Source: Epithemia pelagica | Lineage: Eukaryota > Protista > Bacillariophyta | Direction of reading: 5' to 3' | NCBI GenBank assembly: GCA_946965045.2 | Contig: OX337241.1 | Span: forward strand, 1,302,001-1,366,000 | DNA length: 64,000 bases | Shown here: positions 10,178 to 20,690 of the stretch, in pieces | How positions within the stretch are numbered: the first letter of the stretch is position 1 | Layout: each line of letters opens with the position of its first letter | Translations under genes and position numbers: made by a program | The notes under the pieces: model-generated | Told to the model about the DNA's origin: nothing | The model's input: the letters and a program-made list of their open reading frames with translations, nothing else | Database searches by the model: none

Positions 10178-13100
10178 GGCTGTGTGCCCAGTGATGAAAT
10201 TGATAAAACGAATCTTATCCGTCCACATTTCTCACTTGTAGGCACCCCTACCTTCAGCTTAGCCTTTGCACACCGTTTATGTGCTGCCGTATCACAGTCC
10301 CATACTACTGATCCGATTGATCTGACATGTGAAATGGACTCGCATGCTGACACTTGTTGTGTTGGTCGCAACTTTGTGAAATTCAGGGAACCTGACCGTT
10401 ACATCACTGTTTCCCCATTCTCAGAGGAATATAAACCCCTCGAGCGTATCCCCGTCACCACGACCGCCACTGTCTGGACTGATGCCCACAACAATAGTTA
10501 TCTATTGCTGTTTCACGAGTCGTTATTCTTCGGGGACCGATTGTCCCAATCATTGATTTGTCCCAATCAGCTGCGTTCAAACGGCCTCATTGTCCATGAT
10601 GTGCCGCGTCAGTTTGACCCTTACAGCACACACAGCATTCGTATTCCCGATGCTGACCTGACCATTCCTCTAGAAATGTCCGGTGTTATCTCTGGCTTTG
10701 CGACCACGAAGCCAACCCCGGAGGAGCTCGAGTCGCTCCCACGGATAGTCATGACTGCTGATTCGGTGTGGCACCCTCATTCGTCCACCTTTGCTGCCGC
10801 GGAGGAGAAAGCCAATGCATCCAGTGCATCTGCTGTCCGCCAAGTTGATCCGAATTCGATTGCCGCATCCTGTGTCCCGCGATTGGTTGCTGCCGTCCGA
10901 TCATACAACGAAACCTATGGCTATTGCATGGAACTTGAGAATGACGAGGATGAACTATGCAACCGCTTAGTTGCTGCCGTTCGAGTGTCCCATCCACCGA
11001 GTGCCGAGGACACTGTGGACATTGAGGACCTTGATCCCGACGAATACTTTCTCAAAGCCGTTAAGTCTGCTTTGTCACGACCAACGAAAGCCGTAAAAGT
11101 CTTGCCATCTTCTTCTAAGACTGTACTTGATCCCCAGACCGTGTCTTCTCGATGGAATGTCGGCCTTACTAAGGCCAAGAAGACTTTACAAGTGACAACG
11201 CAGGCTGGGGTCCGAAATGTCCTTGTCCCATCCGAACGCAAGGTCCGAAAGAAAGCTCCATGGCTAAAATTCCCGAATGTCAAGGGACGATGGTTTTGCG
11301 ACGAGATGTTCTCCAAGTGCCCATCGCTTGATCTTCACACGGGTGCTTCCGTATTTACTGATGGAAAGGGCTATGATTTTGTCTATCCCTGGAAATCAAA
11401 GAAGCAACACCCTGAAGGTCTGATGTCCCTTATCCAGAATGTCGGAATTCCTCAGACGTTAATTTCTGATGGTGCGCAAGAGCTATTTCATGGACGTTCT
11501 CGTGAGATCTGTAATGAGTACCGTATCAAACAAGAAGTGACCGTCCCATACAGTCAATGGCAGAATGCCGCCGAAGTGAGCATCCGTGAGTTGAAGAAAG
11601 GTGTTATTAGGAAGTTACGTCAAACTGGTGCACCACGACGCACATGGTCCTATGCGCTGAAGTGGGTTGCCTCTGTCCGCCAGTTAACTGCCTCTGATAT
11701 CCCTGAACTTAGTGGACGAACGCCATTTGAACACGTTCTTGGATCGACACCCGACATCTCTCCCATGGCTTTGTTTGATTTCTATCAACCTGTATACTAT
11801 TATACGCCGTCGCATGACTTCCCTCATGAGCGTAAATGTATTGGGCGCTGGCTTGGTCTTGCCGATGACTGTATTGATGACATGGCCTTCAACGTCTTGA
11901 CAGAGAAAGGTCGAGTTATTGTCCGAAAAGATGTGTGGGCAATCCCTGACGACGATATGAAAAATCCCACAATCCGTCAACAACTGGAAGTCTATGATGG
12001 TCTTATCAAGACTCTCCTCGTGGATACATCGCCGTCTTCCGATGAAGATGCCGCCAGCGTTTCCCCTGATCCACCCGATGATTTCTTTGGAGAAGACGGA
12101 AGCGAATCTCTCTTTCCTGCTGCTCTTGACTCCGATACACCTCTCCCTGATGCTGACGACTACACTCCGGAGGAGTTAGACGAATATCTCACAGCCGAAG
12201 TCATGCTGCCGCATGGCGGGGACCAGGCCAGAGCCAAGATCATAGGCCGCTCCAAAGATGAACATGGCCGACCAATTGGCAAACGTGATCCAAATCCAAT
12301 CTTAGACACACGTTTCTATGACGTGCTGTATCCCGATGGATCGACCGAATCTCTTGCTGCCAATCTCATTGCCGAGAACCTTTACTCTCAAGTCGACACT
12401 GAGGGCAACTCCTATGCCATTGTAAAGGATATCATTGGACATCGCAAAACCAAGGACGCTGTCCTCCGAACGGATCCGGACTGGTTGAATGGCCGTAAAC
12501 GCCATACAACCGTTGGTTGGGAACATGAGTGTGAACTCTCCGATGGTTCTACTGTTTGGATCCCTCTCAAAGATCTCAAAAACGATTCGCCTGTACAACT
12601 AGCCGAATATGCCGTTGTGGCGGGGCTTGCCAAAGAACCGGCCTATGCCTGGTGGGTTCCACATACGTTACGCAAACGTGGTGTAATTCTTGCGAAAGTA
12701 AAATCTCGCTATTGGAAACGTACCCACAAATATGGTATTGAACTGCCCAAAACCGTTCAAGAAGCTCTTGAGATTGATCGTCGAACGGGGACTGATTTCT
12801 GGCGGAAAGCCATCGAAAAGGAGATGAAAAATGTTCGCATTGCCTTTGAATTCCGTGATGATGACAAAGTACCAATTGGATACAAACATATCCCATGTCA
12901 TATGGTCTTTGATATCAAGTCTGATCTTCGCCGTAAAGCCCGACTGGTTGCCGGCGGGCATAAGACTGATCCACCGAAGGAATCCACATACTCCAGTGTT
13001 GTATCCCGTGATAGCGTACGAATTGCATTCACTATCGCTGCCCTTAATGGCCTGGACGTGTTGGCCGGGGACGTACAAAATGCATACCTCAATGCACCAA

Positions 13101-14434
13101 CAAAAGAGCGAACTTATATTACGGCGGGACTAGAATTTGGTCCCGAAAACGTTGGCCGACCTGCACTGATTGTTCGTGCTCTGTATGGTTTGAAGAGTTC
13201 TGCTGCTCGTTGGCGTGATCACATTGCCGCAACACTTCGTGAAATGAAGTTCAACAGTTGCTTGGCTGACCCTGATGTCTGGCTTCGACCTCAAGTCCGA
13301 CCATCTGATGGGTTCCAATACTATGAGTATGTACTTGTCTACATAGACGACATACTCTGTGTCAGTCATGATCCGCGATCGATCATGAATGATCTGGAAA
13401 AACGGTATACAATCAAACCCGAGAGTATTAAAGACCCAGACGAATACTTGGGATCTGAGATTCGACACTATACCATACCAGATACTGACGATCCTGAGAA
13501 CAAACCCCGATGGGCCATGTCCTCCGACAAATATGTTAAACGTGCCATATCTGAAATTGAGACCGAACTGTCTAAAGTCGGCCAAAAGCTACAGACACGA
13601 GTCTCAACTCCACTTGCCACTGGGTATCGTCCTGAGGTCGACTCATCTCCTGAACTGGACCCCCGACGTGCAAATTACTATCAGGGACTAATTGGTATCC
13701 TTCGTTGGGTTGTGGAACTTGGTCGTATCAATATCATTGTTGCCGTATCACAACTGTCCCGATATCTAGCCATGCCACGTGAAGGACACCTCGAACAAGC
13801 CTTGCACATTTTTGCATACCTAAAAGCGCATGGACGTTCCACCCTTGTGTTCGACGACACAACTCCGACCTTCGACGAGGATCGTTTCTTCCAGGCAGAC
13901 TGGTCTGAATACTACCCTGATGCTAGTGACCCTTTGCCGCCCAATATGCCACCACCTCGTGGACGGGCTGTTACCACAACTTGTTTTGTTGATGCCAATC
14001 ACGCTGGTTGTCTTGCTACGCGTCGCTCACAAACTGGTATTCTTATGTTCTTACAACGAGCACCTATCTTGTGGTATTCCAAACGACAGAGTACTGTTGA
14101 GACATCAACATTTGGCTCCAAATTTGTCGCAATGAAGACTGCCATCGAACAGATAGAGGGTTTCCGTTACAAGTTGAGAATGATGGGCATTCCACTTGAT
14201 GGCGAAACCAATGTGTTCTGTGATAATGAATCTGTGTTCAAGAGTGCAACCATGCCTGAAGTCACTCTGAAGAAGAAACACAATGCGATTGCTTACCATC
14301 GCACACGTGAGGCACAAGCCGCCAACATCGTGCGTATCGCCTGGGAAGAAGGTGAAACCAATCTTGCGGACCTGCTGACAAAATCGTTACCAGGACCCCG
14401 ATTGCGTTTTCTAGCACAACGTGTTTTGTGGTGA
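10178..14434 (+). CDS. pol: Copia pol polyprotein (protease, integrase, RT, RNase H)
   Basis: PR EMDSHADTCC; IN CD...ISDGAQE...QNAAEVSIRE; RT HMVFDIK..RKARLVAGG, LYGLKSS, VYIDDIL; RH FVDANHAG and CDNES. The RH Glu position reads FGSKFVA. Confidence 0.93.
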   Translation, partial: GCVPSDEIDKTNLIRPHFSLVGTPTFSLAFAHRLCAAVSQSHTTDPIDLTCEMDSHADTCCVGRNFVKFREPDRYITVSPFSEEYKPLERIPVTTTATVWTDAHNNSYLLLFHESLFFGDRLSQSLICPNQLRSNGLIVHDVPRQFDPYSTHSIRIPDADLTIPLEMSGVISGFATTKPTPEELESLPRIVMTADSVWHPHSSTFAAAEEKANASSASAVRQVDPNSIAASCVPRLVAAVRSYNETYGYCMELENDEDELCNRLVAAVRVSHPPSAEDTVDIEDLDPDEYFLKAVKSALSRPTKAVKVLPSSSKTVLDPQTVSSRWNVGLTKAKKTLQVTTQAGVRNVLVPSERKVRKKAPWLKFPNVKGRWFCDEMFSKCPSLDLHTGASVFTDGKGYDFVYPWKSKKQHPEGLMSLIQNVGIPQTLISDGAQELFHGRSREICNEYRIKQEVTVPYSQWQNAAEVSIRELKKGVIRKLRQTGAPRRTWSYALKWVASVRQLTASDIPELSGRTPFEHVLGSTPDISPMALFDFYQPVYYYTPSHDFPHERKCIGRWLGLADDCIDDMAFNVLTEKGRVIVRKDVWAIPDDDMKNPTIRQQLEVYDGLIKTLLVDTSPSSDEDAASVSPDPPDDFFGEDGSESLFPAALDSDTPLPDADDYTPEELDEYLTAEVMLPHGGDQARAKIIGRSKDEHGRPIGKRDPNPILDTRFYDVLYPDGSTESLAANLIAENLYSQVDTEGNSYAIVKDIIGHRKTKDAVLRTDPDWLNGRKRHTTVGWEHECELSDGSTVWIPLKDLKNDSPVQLAEYAVVAGLAKEPAYAWWVPHTLRKRGVILAKVKSRYWKRTHKYGIELPKTVQEALEIDRRTGTDFWRKAIEKEMKNVRIAFEFRDDDKVPIGYKHIPCHMVFDIKSDLRRKARLVAGGHKTDPPKESTYSSVVSRDSVRIAFTIAALNGLDVLAGDVQNAYLNAPTKERTYITAGLEFGPENVGRPALIVRALYGLKSSAARWRDHIAATLREMKFNSCLADPDVWLRPQVRPSDGFQYYEYVLVYIDDILCVSHDPRSIMNDLEKRYTIKPESIKDPDEYLGSEIRHYTIPDTDDPENKPRWAMSSDKYVKRAISEIETELSKVGQKLQTRVSTPLATGYRPEVDSSPELDPRRANYYQGLIGILRWVVELGRINIIVAVSQLSRYLAMPREGHLEQALHIFAYLKAHGRSTLVFDDTTPTFDEDRFFQADWSEYYPDASDPLPPNMPPPRGRAVTTTCFVDANHAGCLATRRSQTGILMFLQRAPILWYSKRQSTVETSTFGSKFVAMKTAIEQIEGFRYKLRMMGIPLDGETNVFCDNESVFKSATMPEVTLKKKHNAIAYHRTREAQAANIVRIAWEEGETNLADLLTKSLPGPRLRFLAQRVLW

Positions 14435-14589
14435 TTGCATGATCGAATTCATTGTCCTCACACCCCCTCTTTTATTGTCCGAATAGACACCCCTCTTAAT
14501 TGAGAAAAAATAGTCCTGATGGACCGGCCTCTGCTGAAACAAGTCGTGGGCGACCTAGTCAAAATGCTTCCGATCTAGCTCGCGGGGAC

Positions 14590-14763
14590 TGAATAAATCC
14601 CGCCAACAGGTCGCATATTGGCGGATACATGGTCGCATATTGGCGAATATGCATCGCCTACATATGCTGCTACGCATCTAGTTTTCTAGTCATAATTTTG
14701 GTCTAGCCACTTGTTGCACGCCGTATACACCGTGTTGTAGCGTGTAGTGGCAAAATTTATACA
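14590..14763 (+). repeat. 3' LTR (174 bp), preceded by short purine tract CGCGGGGAC
   Basis: Direct copy of 7733-7906, followed by AGAC (14764-14767). Confidence 0.95.
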
Positions 14764-15151
14764 AGACATGGACGGAAACACGACGTGGGTGAAAGGTTAG
14801 GTGGACTACCCGGTAGAAATACTGTCCCATATCCCATACCCCATCTAGGTAGAGGAGTAGGATTAGAAGATGGTAAGTAGCTTATCCACCAATGTTATGA
14901 GTGGACCTCTTGAGTCTAGGGCCTCTCAAAGTCGTCCATCTGGATCGTTTCCGAAATGAAAAAATACTATATATGTTCACCCTATGAAGCAAGATCTATG
15001 GTTCACTCCCACCGAGAAACATCGAGATTGGCAACAAGTACGATGTTCTTATCGGTTCATTGTAACGACCATTTTTCGCTTCAGGAGCTTCCCTCATATC
15101 TTCTGCGATTCTATACATGGTTCAAGCACAAGTGATCAATACCCCGACTAC

Positions 15152-18100
15152 CTAGCCTGAAGTCGACGGGACCCATATTCCCCGAATGGCGTCCCAGTCC
15201 ATGCCCTTTCGCGTTCGTCCCGCGGGTCGTTGAAAGAGTCCATCTTTCGTTCGTTTGGGAACCGACACAGGGGCGACCGTTCCATCCGAGGCTATTCGTT
15301 GACGAACTCGAGCGGCCGAATACTTGGATTCATTTGGATCTATTGATGCTGGTGCCGAAGTAATAGATCTTCGTGTTTGGGGAACATAGCTACCAAATGT
15401 CGTAGCAGGTCGCGCTACTTCCTGTGGGACGTTTTGAGTCGAGCTCTGACGAAGAGGAGGCAGTGGCAAGGAATGATAGTTGTTCATATTCAGTTCAATC
15501 TTCGTACGCATGTGATGATGCGGTAAGTCGAACTCAGCTTTTGTTTTCATCATCTTTTTCCACGTTCGTTGGCGCTCATCTTCGCTGGCTCGAAGTTGGA
15601 GCGTCAAGTTGTTAATCTCCTGACGCACTTGATCCTCGATTCGTTTTTTGTGAGACAGTCCAGCGTCGGGCTTTGGTGGTGGGTGGAGCTCTTCTCGGAA
15701 ATGGTCGTTCCTCTTTGTCCCATGGCTGATATGGGTAATAGCATCGACCATGCCTCCAACATACTGCGCCACAATTTGCCTCATAGGATCAGGCTGTCTC
15801 ATGTACATATGCGTCAAAGCGGTTCCTTCGGGAAAGTGATGGTTGTTGTGTCTTTGTGGCATTAGATGGTCCAGCTTGTGCTTTTCAAATTCCCGTCGGC
15901 GCATCGTCCAGTTGTTACGCGCCATGGCAAGATTGACTTGGTAGTCACTATTTACTTGGTTCACATAGTTTCGATTCTCCATTACCATGTCTTGCAGCTG
16001 CGCTTGTAAGTTCTGACGCCGCTCAAACAAAGCATTGGAAGTTCGAAGGGCTTGAAAGATTTCAAAAAAGATTTCGTCAGACAAACAAAGAGTCAAGTAT
16101 TCAAATTGGCAGAGTCCCAGGAAGATACACGTACCGTTGTTGTAATCAAGAGTGACCTCTTCCAAGCGACGACGTGCATGGTCACGTATTGAGGTACTCA
16201 TCAATTCCGCGTGTATGAGCTTTATTCTTTTCATATCCTGTTCGTAAAAAGATGGAGTAGGCATCAGCAGAATTGGACGTTTCATTTTCTTGACAGGATC
16301 ATCACAGTCGTCCTCATCATCATCGTCTTCCTCTTTTTTCTCGGCTTCATCAGAATTTTTTGCATCGTCGTCGTCTTTTTTCTCGGCTTCACCAGATGCT
16401 AAAGCATCATCATCTTCTTTTTTCTCAGCTTCACCAGAATTTGCCACTCCATCAGCATCTTCGTCTCCCGCTTCCTCGTGGTTGTCCTCCTCTCGAGTTT
16501 CGGTGTCCTCTTTCTCCATGCCGTCTTCGTTTTCCTCCTCGCCATCAGTCTCATCGTCTTTGTTTCCAACGTCCGGTTCGTCGCCACCCTCGTCAACATC
16601 TCCAACACTGTCGCTGGTATGGGGTTTCGTTGCCTCGGAATTTTCGATCTCCATTTCCTTTTTCACCGGTTCTTCCTTGTCATCGCCTTTTGCCGCTGTT
16701 TCTTTGTCTTCTGCTTCTTTTTCCTTTGTTTCTTCTTCCGCCGTGTCTTTACCACCACCATCTGCTGTGTCAGCATCAATATCTTTTGTTTCTTCTACCG
16801 CCGGTTCATCGCCTTTTCCAGTTTCCTCTACATTTTTACCTTCCGTTTCTTTCACCAGCGGTGCACTCCCTTCTTTCTCGTTCTTCTCAGCCTGTCCATC
16901 GACTGCATCGTCTTCGGTCGCGCTACTCTTCTTCGTGGACGACTCAATCTGTTGATCGCCCCCTTCAACTACTTCTTCGCTTGGCTTGTCGGTATTTGCT
17001 TCTTTAGTACCCTGTTTACCATCATTTTGCTCAATTTGCGCGTTTTCGGCTTTGGAAGATTCCACTGCTTCGTTGGTGTCGTCGGATTTCTGTTTGTCGC
17101 CGATTCCTCCGTCCAGTGCATTTTCCATTTCTCCAGTCTCATCCGAATGGGCTTTTGTTGTCGATGCTTCCAAAGCATCTTCGTCTTTGTTGTCGTCCTT
17201 TCCACCAGCCACAGCCTGGGCATCGTTATCCTTATCAGCCTCCCCTCCTGGTCCCTCGTCGTTTTCCTTCTTCGCTGTGTCTGGCTCGGTCTTTACTTCG
17301 TCCACATCCATCTTGTCCACAAACTCCTCGCCGTCTCCAGACTTGTCAACCTTTTCCACAGACGGTACCTCGTCCACATCAATATCATCGCTTTTCACAC
17401 TTTGGGGTTTCTTATCATCTTCAACGACCATTTCTGTTGAGGACGGCTCCTTCACAGTATTTTCGGCATTTGGTGCCTCGTCGGTGTTGTCCTCCGTCAC
17501 TGATTCTCTTCGGAGAGTCTTACCAGCTTTACTATTTGGGGAAACTGTCAAAATAGGTTTATCACCCTCAACGCCATTGCCACCGTTTTGGTCCATGGAT
17601 TTGAGCATTTTCCCACCGACCTTGACTGGTGTCTGTGTGTTAGGGTCCCCGTCTTGTTCAGTTTGTCGTTGTTGGTCTTTCTTCTCTTGTTCTTGTTGAC
17701 GAACCAGCGCCAGACGCTTTTTGTAATGGAACACAAAGGGTTCCGCAAAGAGCCGTGGTTGATCCGGGATTTTGGACAAGAGCGCCGTCTTCCAGCGCGT
17801 GAATTCGGAGGCCCGCTCGGAGGCCGTTTGGATGGATCGAGGACCTACCGTAGCACCGATTCCAATGGATCCCAACGGAATCCGTTCGTAATCTTCTTTA
17901 TTCTGGTCGTCATCCTGGTTGCTGTTCTCGGCGTCGGCCTTGGACGCACTTGGTGGTAATGCCGAGGTATAGAGAGGCGGGCGATCGTCCAGGTGTGAGG
18001 GTTCTCCGTTTTTTGGTTGGGAAGACATGATGGGTTCTTGTTTCTCGTAGGCATCCTTGTACTCTAAAAATGATTGATATTCCAGACGGGGAAGAGACGA

Positions 18101-19327
18101 GACGACAAGCTGGTATCGTTTTTGTTGTTCTTCGGCATCTTGTTCTTTCTTTGACGCCTCTTTGGTTTCCTCTGCAGTGTCCTGTTCTTTTGCTCCAGGT
18201 GCCGAATCTTTCATCTCTTTGTCTTCCTCTTGTTTCGTTTGAGCTGAGGATTCGACCTGCTCTTCTCTATCCGCATCTTTCTGAATATGTTCACTGGTCG
18301 TACTATCCGTGACAGCTGCTGCTTCGGTTGGTCCACTTGGTGTGGATACCGGTTCTTCCGCGACACCGGATGCCGTCTGGGTTGGCGCTACGGGGTGGTT
18401 GGAGGTCGCGGTGGTAGCAGTAGTGGCGGCAGGGGCAATCTCCGTCATGGCGTCCTTTTCCGTTTGGAGTAGGATCCGTTCTTGTTCGAGCCGCACCTGT
18501 TCCAAGGCATGGACAGCGTCCGGATCGACATGGAGGCGTAAATCTCCATAACTCGGCAGGGTGGGAACCTCTGGAAGTTTCATGGTATCCATGGCATGCG
18601 CCACACGCAAGAGTCGTCGAGCCAATCGATTGAGTAATCGACGACGCAACTTGAAGTGCAACAAATAACTGACAGCCACGTCATAAATGGGAATCACGGG
18701 AGGAGTTCCATCGGAACCACACGCCGCCGCCGCAGAGGAACCCTCCTGGATGGTGCTATCCTGCTGGTATTGTTGTTGTCGTTCCACAAGCAGCTCTTCG
18801 ACACGACGAATCGATCCTTCCTGTGTTCCGACCAAACAATCCACAACCATTGTTGGATCTGATTGAGGAGGAGGAGGAGGTCCCAAAGAAGAAACATTGG
18901 TCGATGACGACGCGGCCGCCAGTGATTCCAATACGACCGGTGGACGCGACTGTGGAGCTTCTGCATTGGACGGAGTGCTCAACGTCGAGAGAGGTTCCAG
19001 GGTCAACGCTTCGGTTGCGGCGCCGTCTTTTGGTTCCACCGGTACGCTGGTCTCCGCTTCCTGATGTGGTTCATCCTCGGTCGTGGCGCGGGTCGTTGCG
19101 GTACCCAGCCGAATCCTTCCTCGTCCAAGCTCGAGTAAGACAATCGGATTTCGTGCTTCCAATTCGTTTCGTAAAGCATGCAATCTCGTATGGATCTCTT
19201 CCAGGGACGCCAATTCTTGATCATTGCGATTCAACGAACGCACCAAAAACAAGGTCAAGGCACTGTTGGTTTCGAGATCGCCGCCGCCACTCGAGGATGC
19301 AGCCGCAGTCGAACGGGATCGAGACAT
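15152..19327 (-). CDS. Large acidic, low-complexity coiled-coil protein of unknown function
   Basis: Long ORF; probable ATG at 19327 (MSRSRSTAA). Stop-free 84-nt GT-AG intron at 16051-16134. E/D/K-rich centre and C-terminal KRTKDGLFQRPAGRTRKGMDWDAIRGIWVP. Confidence 0.7.
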   Translation of the reverse strand: MSRSRSTAAASSSGGGDLETNSALTLFLVRSLNRNDQELASLEEIHTRLHALRNELEARNPIVLLELGRGRIRLGTATTRATTEDEPHQEAETSVPVEPKDGAATEALTLEPLSTLSTPSNAEAPQSRPPVVLESLAAASSSTNVSSLGPPPPPQSDPTMVVDCLVGTQEGSIRRVEELLVERQQQYQQDSTIQEGSSAAAACGSDGTPPVIPIYDVAVSYLLHFKLRRRLLNRLARRLLRVAHAMDTMKLPEVPTLPSYGDLRLHVDPDAVHALEQVRLEQERILLQTEKDAMTEIAPAATTATTATSNHPVAPTQTASGVAEEPVSTPSGPTEAAAVTDSTTSEHIQKDADREEQVESSAQTKQEEDKEMKDSAPGAKEQDTAEETKEASKKEQDAEEQQKRYQLVVSSLPRLEYQSFLEYKDAYEKQEPIMSSQPKNGEPSHLDDRPPLYTSALPPSASKADAENSNQDDDQNKEDYERIPLGSIGIGATVGPRSIQTASERASEFTRWKTALLSKIPDQPRLFAEPFVFHYKKRLALVRQQEQEKKDQQRQTEQDGDPNTQTPVKVGGKMLKSMDQNGGNGVEGDKPILTVSPNSKAGKTLRRESVTEDNTDEAPNAENTVKEPSSTEMVVEDDKKPQSVKSDDIDVDEVPSVEKVDKSGDGEEFVDKMDVDEVKTEPDTAKKENDEGPGGEADKDNDAQAVAGGKDDNKDEDALEASTTKAHSDETGEMENALDGGIGDKQKSDDTNEAVESSKAENAQIEQNDGKQGTKEANTDKPSEEVVEGGDQQIESSTKKSSATEDDAVDGQAEKNEKEGSAPLVKETEGKNVEETGKGDEPAVEETKDIDADTADGGGKDTAEEETKEKEAEDKETAAKGDDKEEPVKKEMEIENSEATKPHTSDSVGDVDEGGDEPDVGNKDDETDGEEENEDGMEKEDTETREEDNHEEAGDEDADGVANSGEAEKKEDDDALASGEAEKKDDDDAKNSDEAEKKEEDDDDEDDCDDPVKKMKRPILLMPTPSFYEQDMKRIKLIHAELMSTSIRDHARRRLEEVTLDYNNGTCIFLGLCQFEYLTLCLSDEIFFEIFQALRTSNALFERRQNLQAQLQDMVMENRNYVNQVNSDYQVNLAMARNNWTMRRREFEKHKLDHLMPQRHNNHHFPEGTALTHMYMRQPDPMRQIVAQYVGGMVDAITHISHGTKRNDHFREELHPPPKPDAGLSHKKRIEDQVRQEINNLTLQLRASEDERQRTWKKMMKTKAEFDLPHHHMRTKIELNMNNYHSLPLPPLRQSSTQNVPQEVARPATTFGSYVPQTRRSITSAPASIDPNESKYSAARVRQRIASDGTVAPVSVPKRTKDGLFQRPAGRTRKGMDWDAIRGIWVPSTSG

Positions 19328-19530
19328 GGTCGTCGTTTGCGCCGTGTCGCTCTCTCGGATGCAGGTAATATATTGTTCTTCGCACTTTGTGTTGACACAA
19401 AACCGATTTGCCGTTGTTGGTTGTTGTCGCGGCCGCGCCGTCCGTCGCTCGTCGCGTGAATCGGCGGCGGGGCGACCCCCTTTTGAGGACTCGCGCCCCC
19501 GCTTACAGTAACCCGCTTCGTACGCATGTG

Positions 19531-19558
19531 CATGGTTCATGGTTCATGGTTCATGGTT
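19531..19558 (+). repeat. (CATGGTT)x4 tandem repeat in a divergent promoter
   Basis: Four exact 7-mers just upstream of the reductase ATG at 19573. Confidence 0.9.
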
Positions 19559-19572
19559 CTGACTTTGAAACC

Positions 19573-20469
19573 ATGATGAGAAAGCCCGACGACAGTTCAT
19601 CTCCTTTCCGCCCGGATTGCCTTTCTGGTAAGGTGGCGTTGATCACTGGAGGAGGCTCAGGTATTGGCTTTGAGATTGCCAATCAGTTGCTCCAACACGG
19701 TTGTGCTGGAGTGGTGATTTGCGGACGCCGTTCCTCCTTTTTGGAACGCGCCTGTGGTTTGTTGACACGGCAATTGTCCAAGAGCCGGGCTAGTTTTTGT
19801 GTTTGTGATGTTCGCAAGCCGGAAGATTGCCAATTGGCTGTGGCAAAATGCAGAGAACGATATGGACGATTGGATATCTTGGTGAATGGCGCGGCGGGCA
19901 ACTTTTTGGCCGCCGCCCAAGAGTTGAGTCCCAAGGGCTTTGCCACAGTCATGGCCATAGATACTCTGGGAACCTACAATATGTGCCATGCATCGCATTC
20001 ATTATTGAAGCAAAGTGGCGAGGGAATCATCGTAAACATATCCGCCACCTTGCAGTGCCCAGCGACCCATTGGCAAGTCCACGCCAGTGCGGCCAAGGCC
20101 GGAGTGGATTCCATAACACGAAGCTTAGCGTTAGAATGGGGTGTCGATGGGATTCGCGTGGTTGGTATTGCACCTGGCCCTATTGCCAATACCCCCGGGA
20201 CAACCAAACTGGCTCCCGGTATGACCAGAGACGACGTGGAGGGAATCATTCAAGAGGGCATACCTCTCGGACGCATGGGGGAGACGTGGGAGATTGGTCA
20301 TGCTGTTGTTTATTTGTGTACTGCTCGTTATGTCACGGGAGATGTTCTTGTTGTGGATGGTGGAGAATACTTGTATAGACCTCCAATGGTTCCCCGTGAA
20401 ATGGTCTCCCAGCTTTCACGACAAGTCGAGGCCAAGAGCCGCGCTCAAGCTCCTCGAGCGAAATTGTAA
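19573..20469 (+). CDS. DECR2: Peroxisomal 2,4-dienoyl-CoA reductase (SDR family)
   Basis: TGGGSGIG, NGAAGNF, HASAAKAGVD and IAPGPI motifs; C-terminal -AKL PTS1 signal. Confidence 0.88.
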   Translation: MMRKPDDSSSPFRPDCLSGKVALITGGGSGIGFEIANQLLQHGCAGVVICGRRSSFLERACGLLTRQLSKSRASFCVCDVRKPEDCQLAVAKCRERYGRLDILVNGAAGNFLAAAQELSPKGFATVMAIDTLGTYNMCHASHSLLKQSGEGIIVNISATLQCPATHWQVHASAAKAGVDSITRSLALEWGVDGIRVVGIAPGPIANTPGTTKLAPGMTRDDVEGIIQEGIPLGRMGETWEIGHAVVYLCTARYVTGDVLVVDGGEYLYRPPMVPREMVSQLSRQVEAKSRAQAPRAKL

Positions 20470-20690
20470 GCCTTGTGGCGATCAACCAGTGATAGATGGA
20501 CCCAATTGGCAGGATCTTGATATTATTCGTAAGCTTCCTACATCCTAGAAGTTGCTGTACTAGATAGATGTATGCTATAGGTTCTTCAGAAGTTTTTATC
20601 AGATTTTGAGATCAGTAACATGCTGTTTGTCCTCTTGCAAACACACAAAGCAGAGTCATTCGAGAAATTCTGCTCGCAGGCCAAAATAGA

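Larger units (their letters stand above)
7733..14763 (+). mobile_element. Full-length Ty1/Copia LTR retrotransposon (CoDi-like), 7031 bp
   Basis: Two 174-bp TG...CA LTRs, gag and pol with PR-IN-RT-RH order, purine-rich tract before the 3' LTR, and AGAC duplicated on both flanks. Confidence 0.96.

Noticed and set aside
8906-10371. Antisense ORFs over gag (8906-9991, 9757-10371)
   Set aside because: These are shadow frames of the real coding strand with no motifs.
16290-17959. Several long plus-strand Ser/Phe/Leu-rich ORFs
   Set aside because: They are antisense shadows of the E/D/K-rich low-complexity protein.
19408-19572. N-terminal extension of the dienoyl-CoA reductase
   Set aside because: It overlaps the divergent gene's 5' region and the CATGGTT repeat; homology starts at the ATG at 19573.
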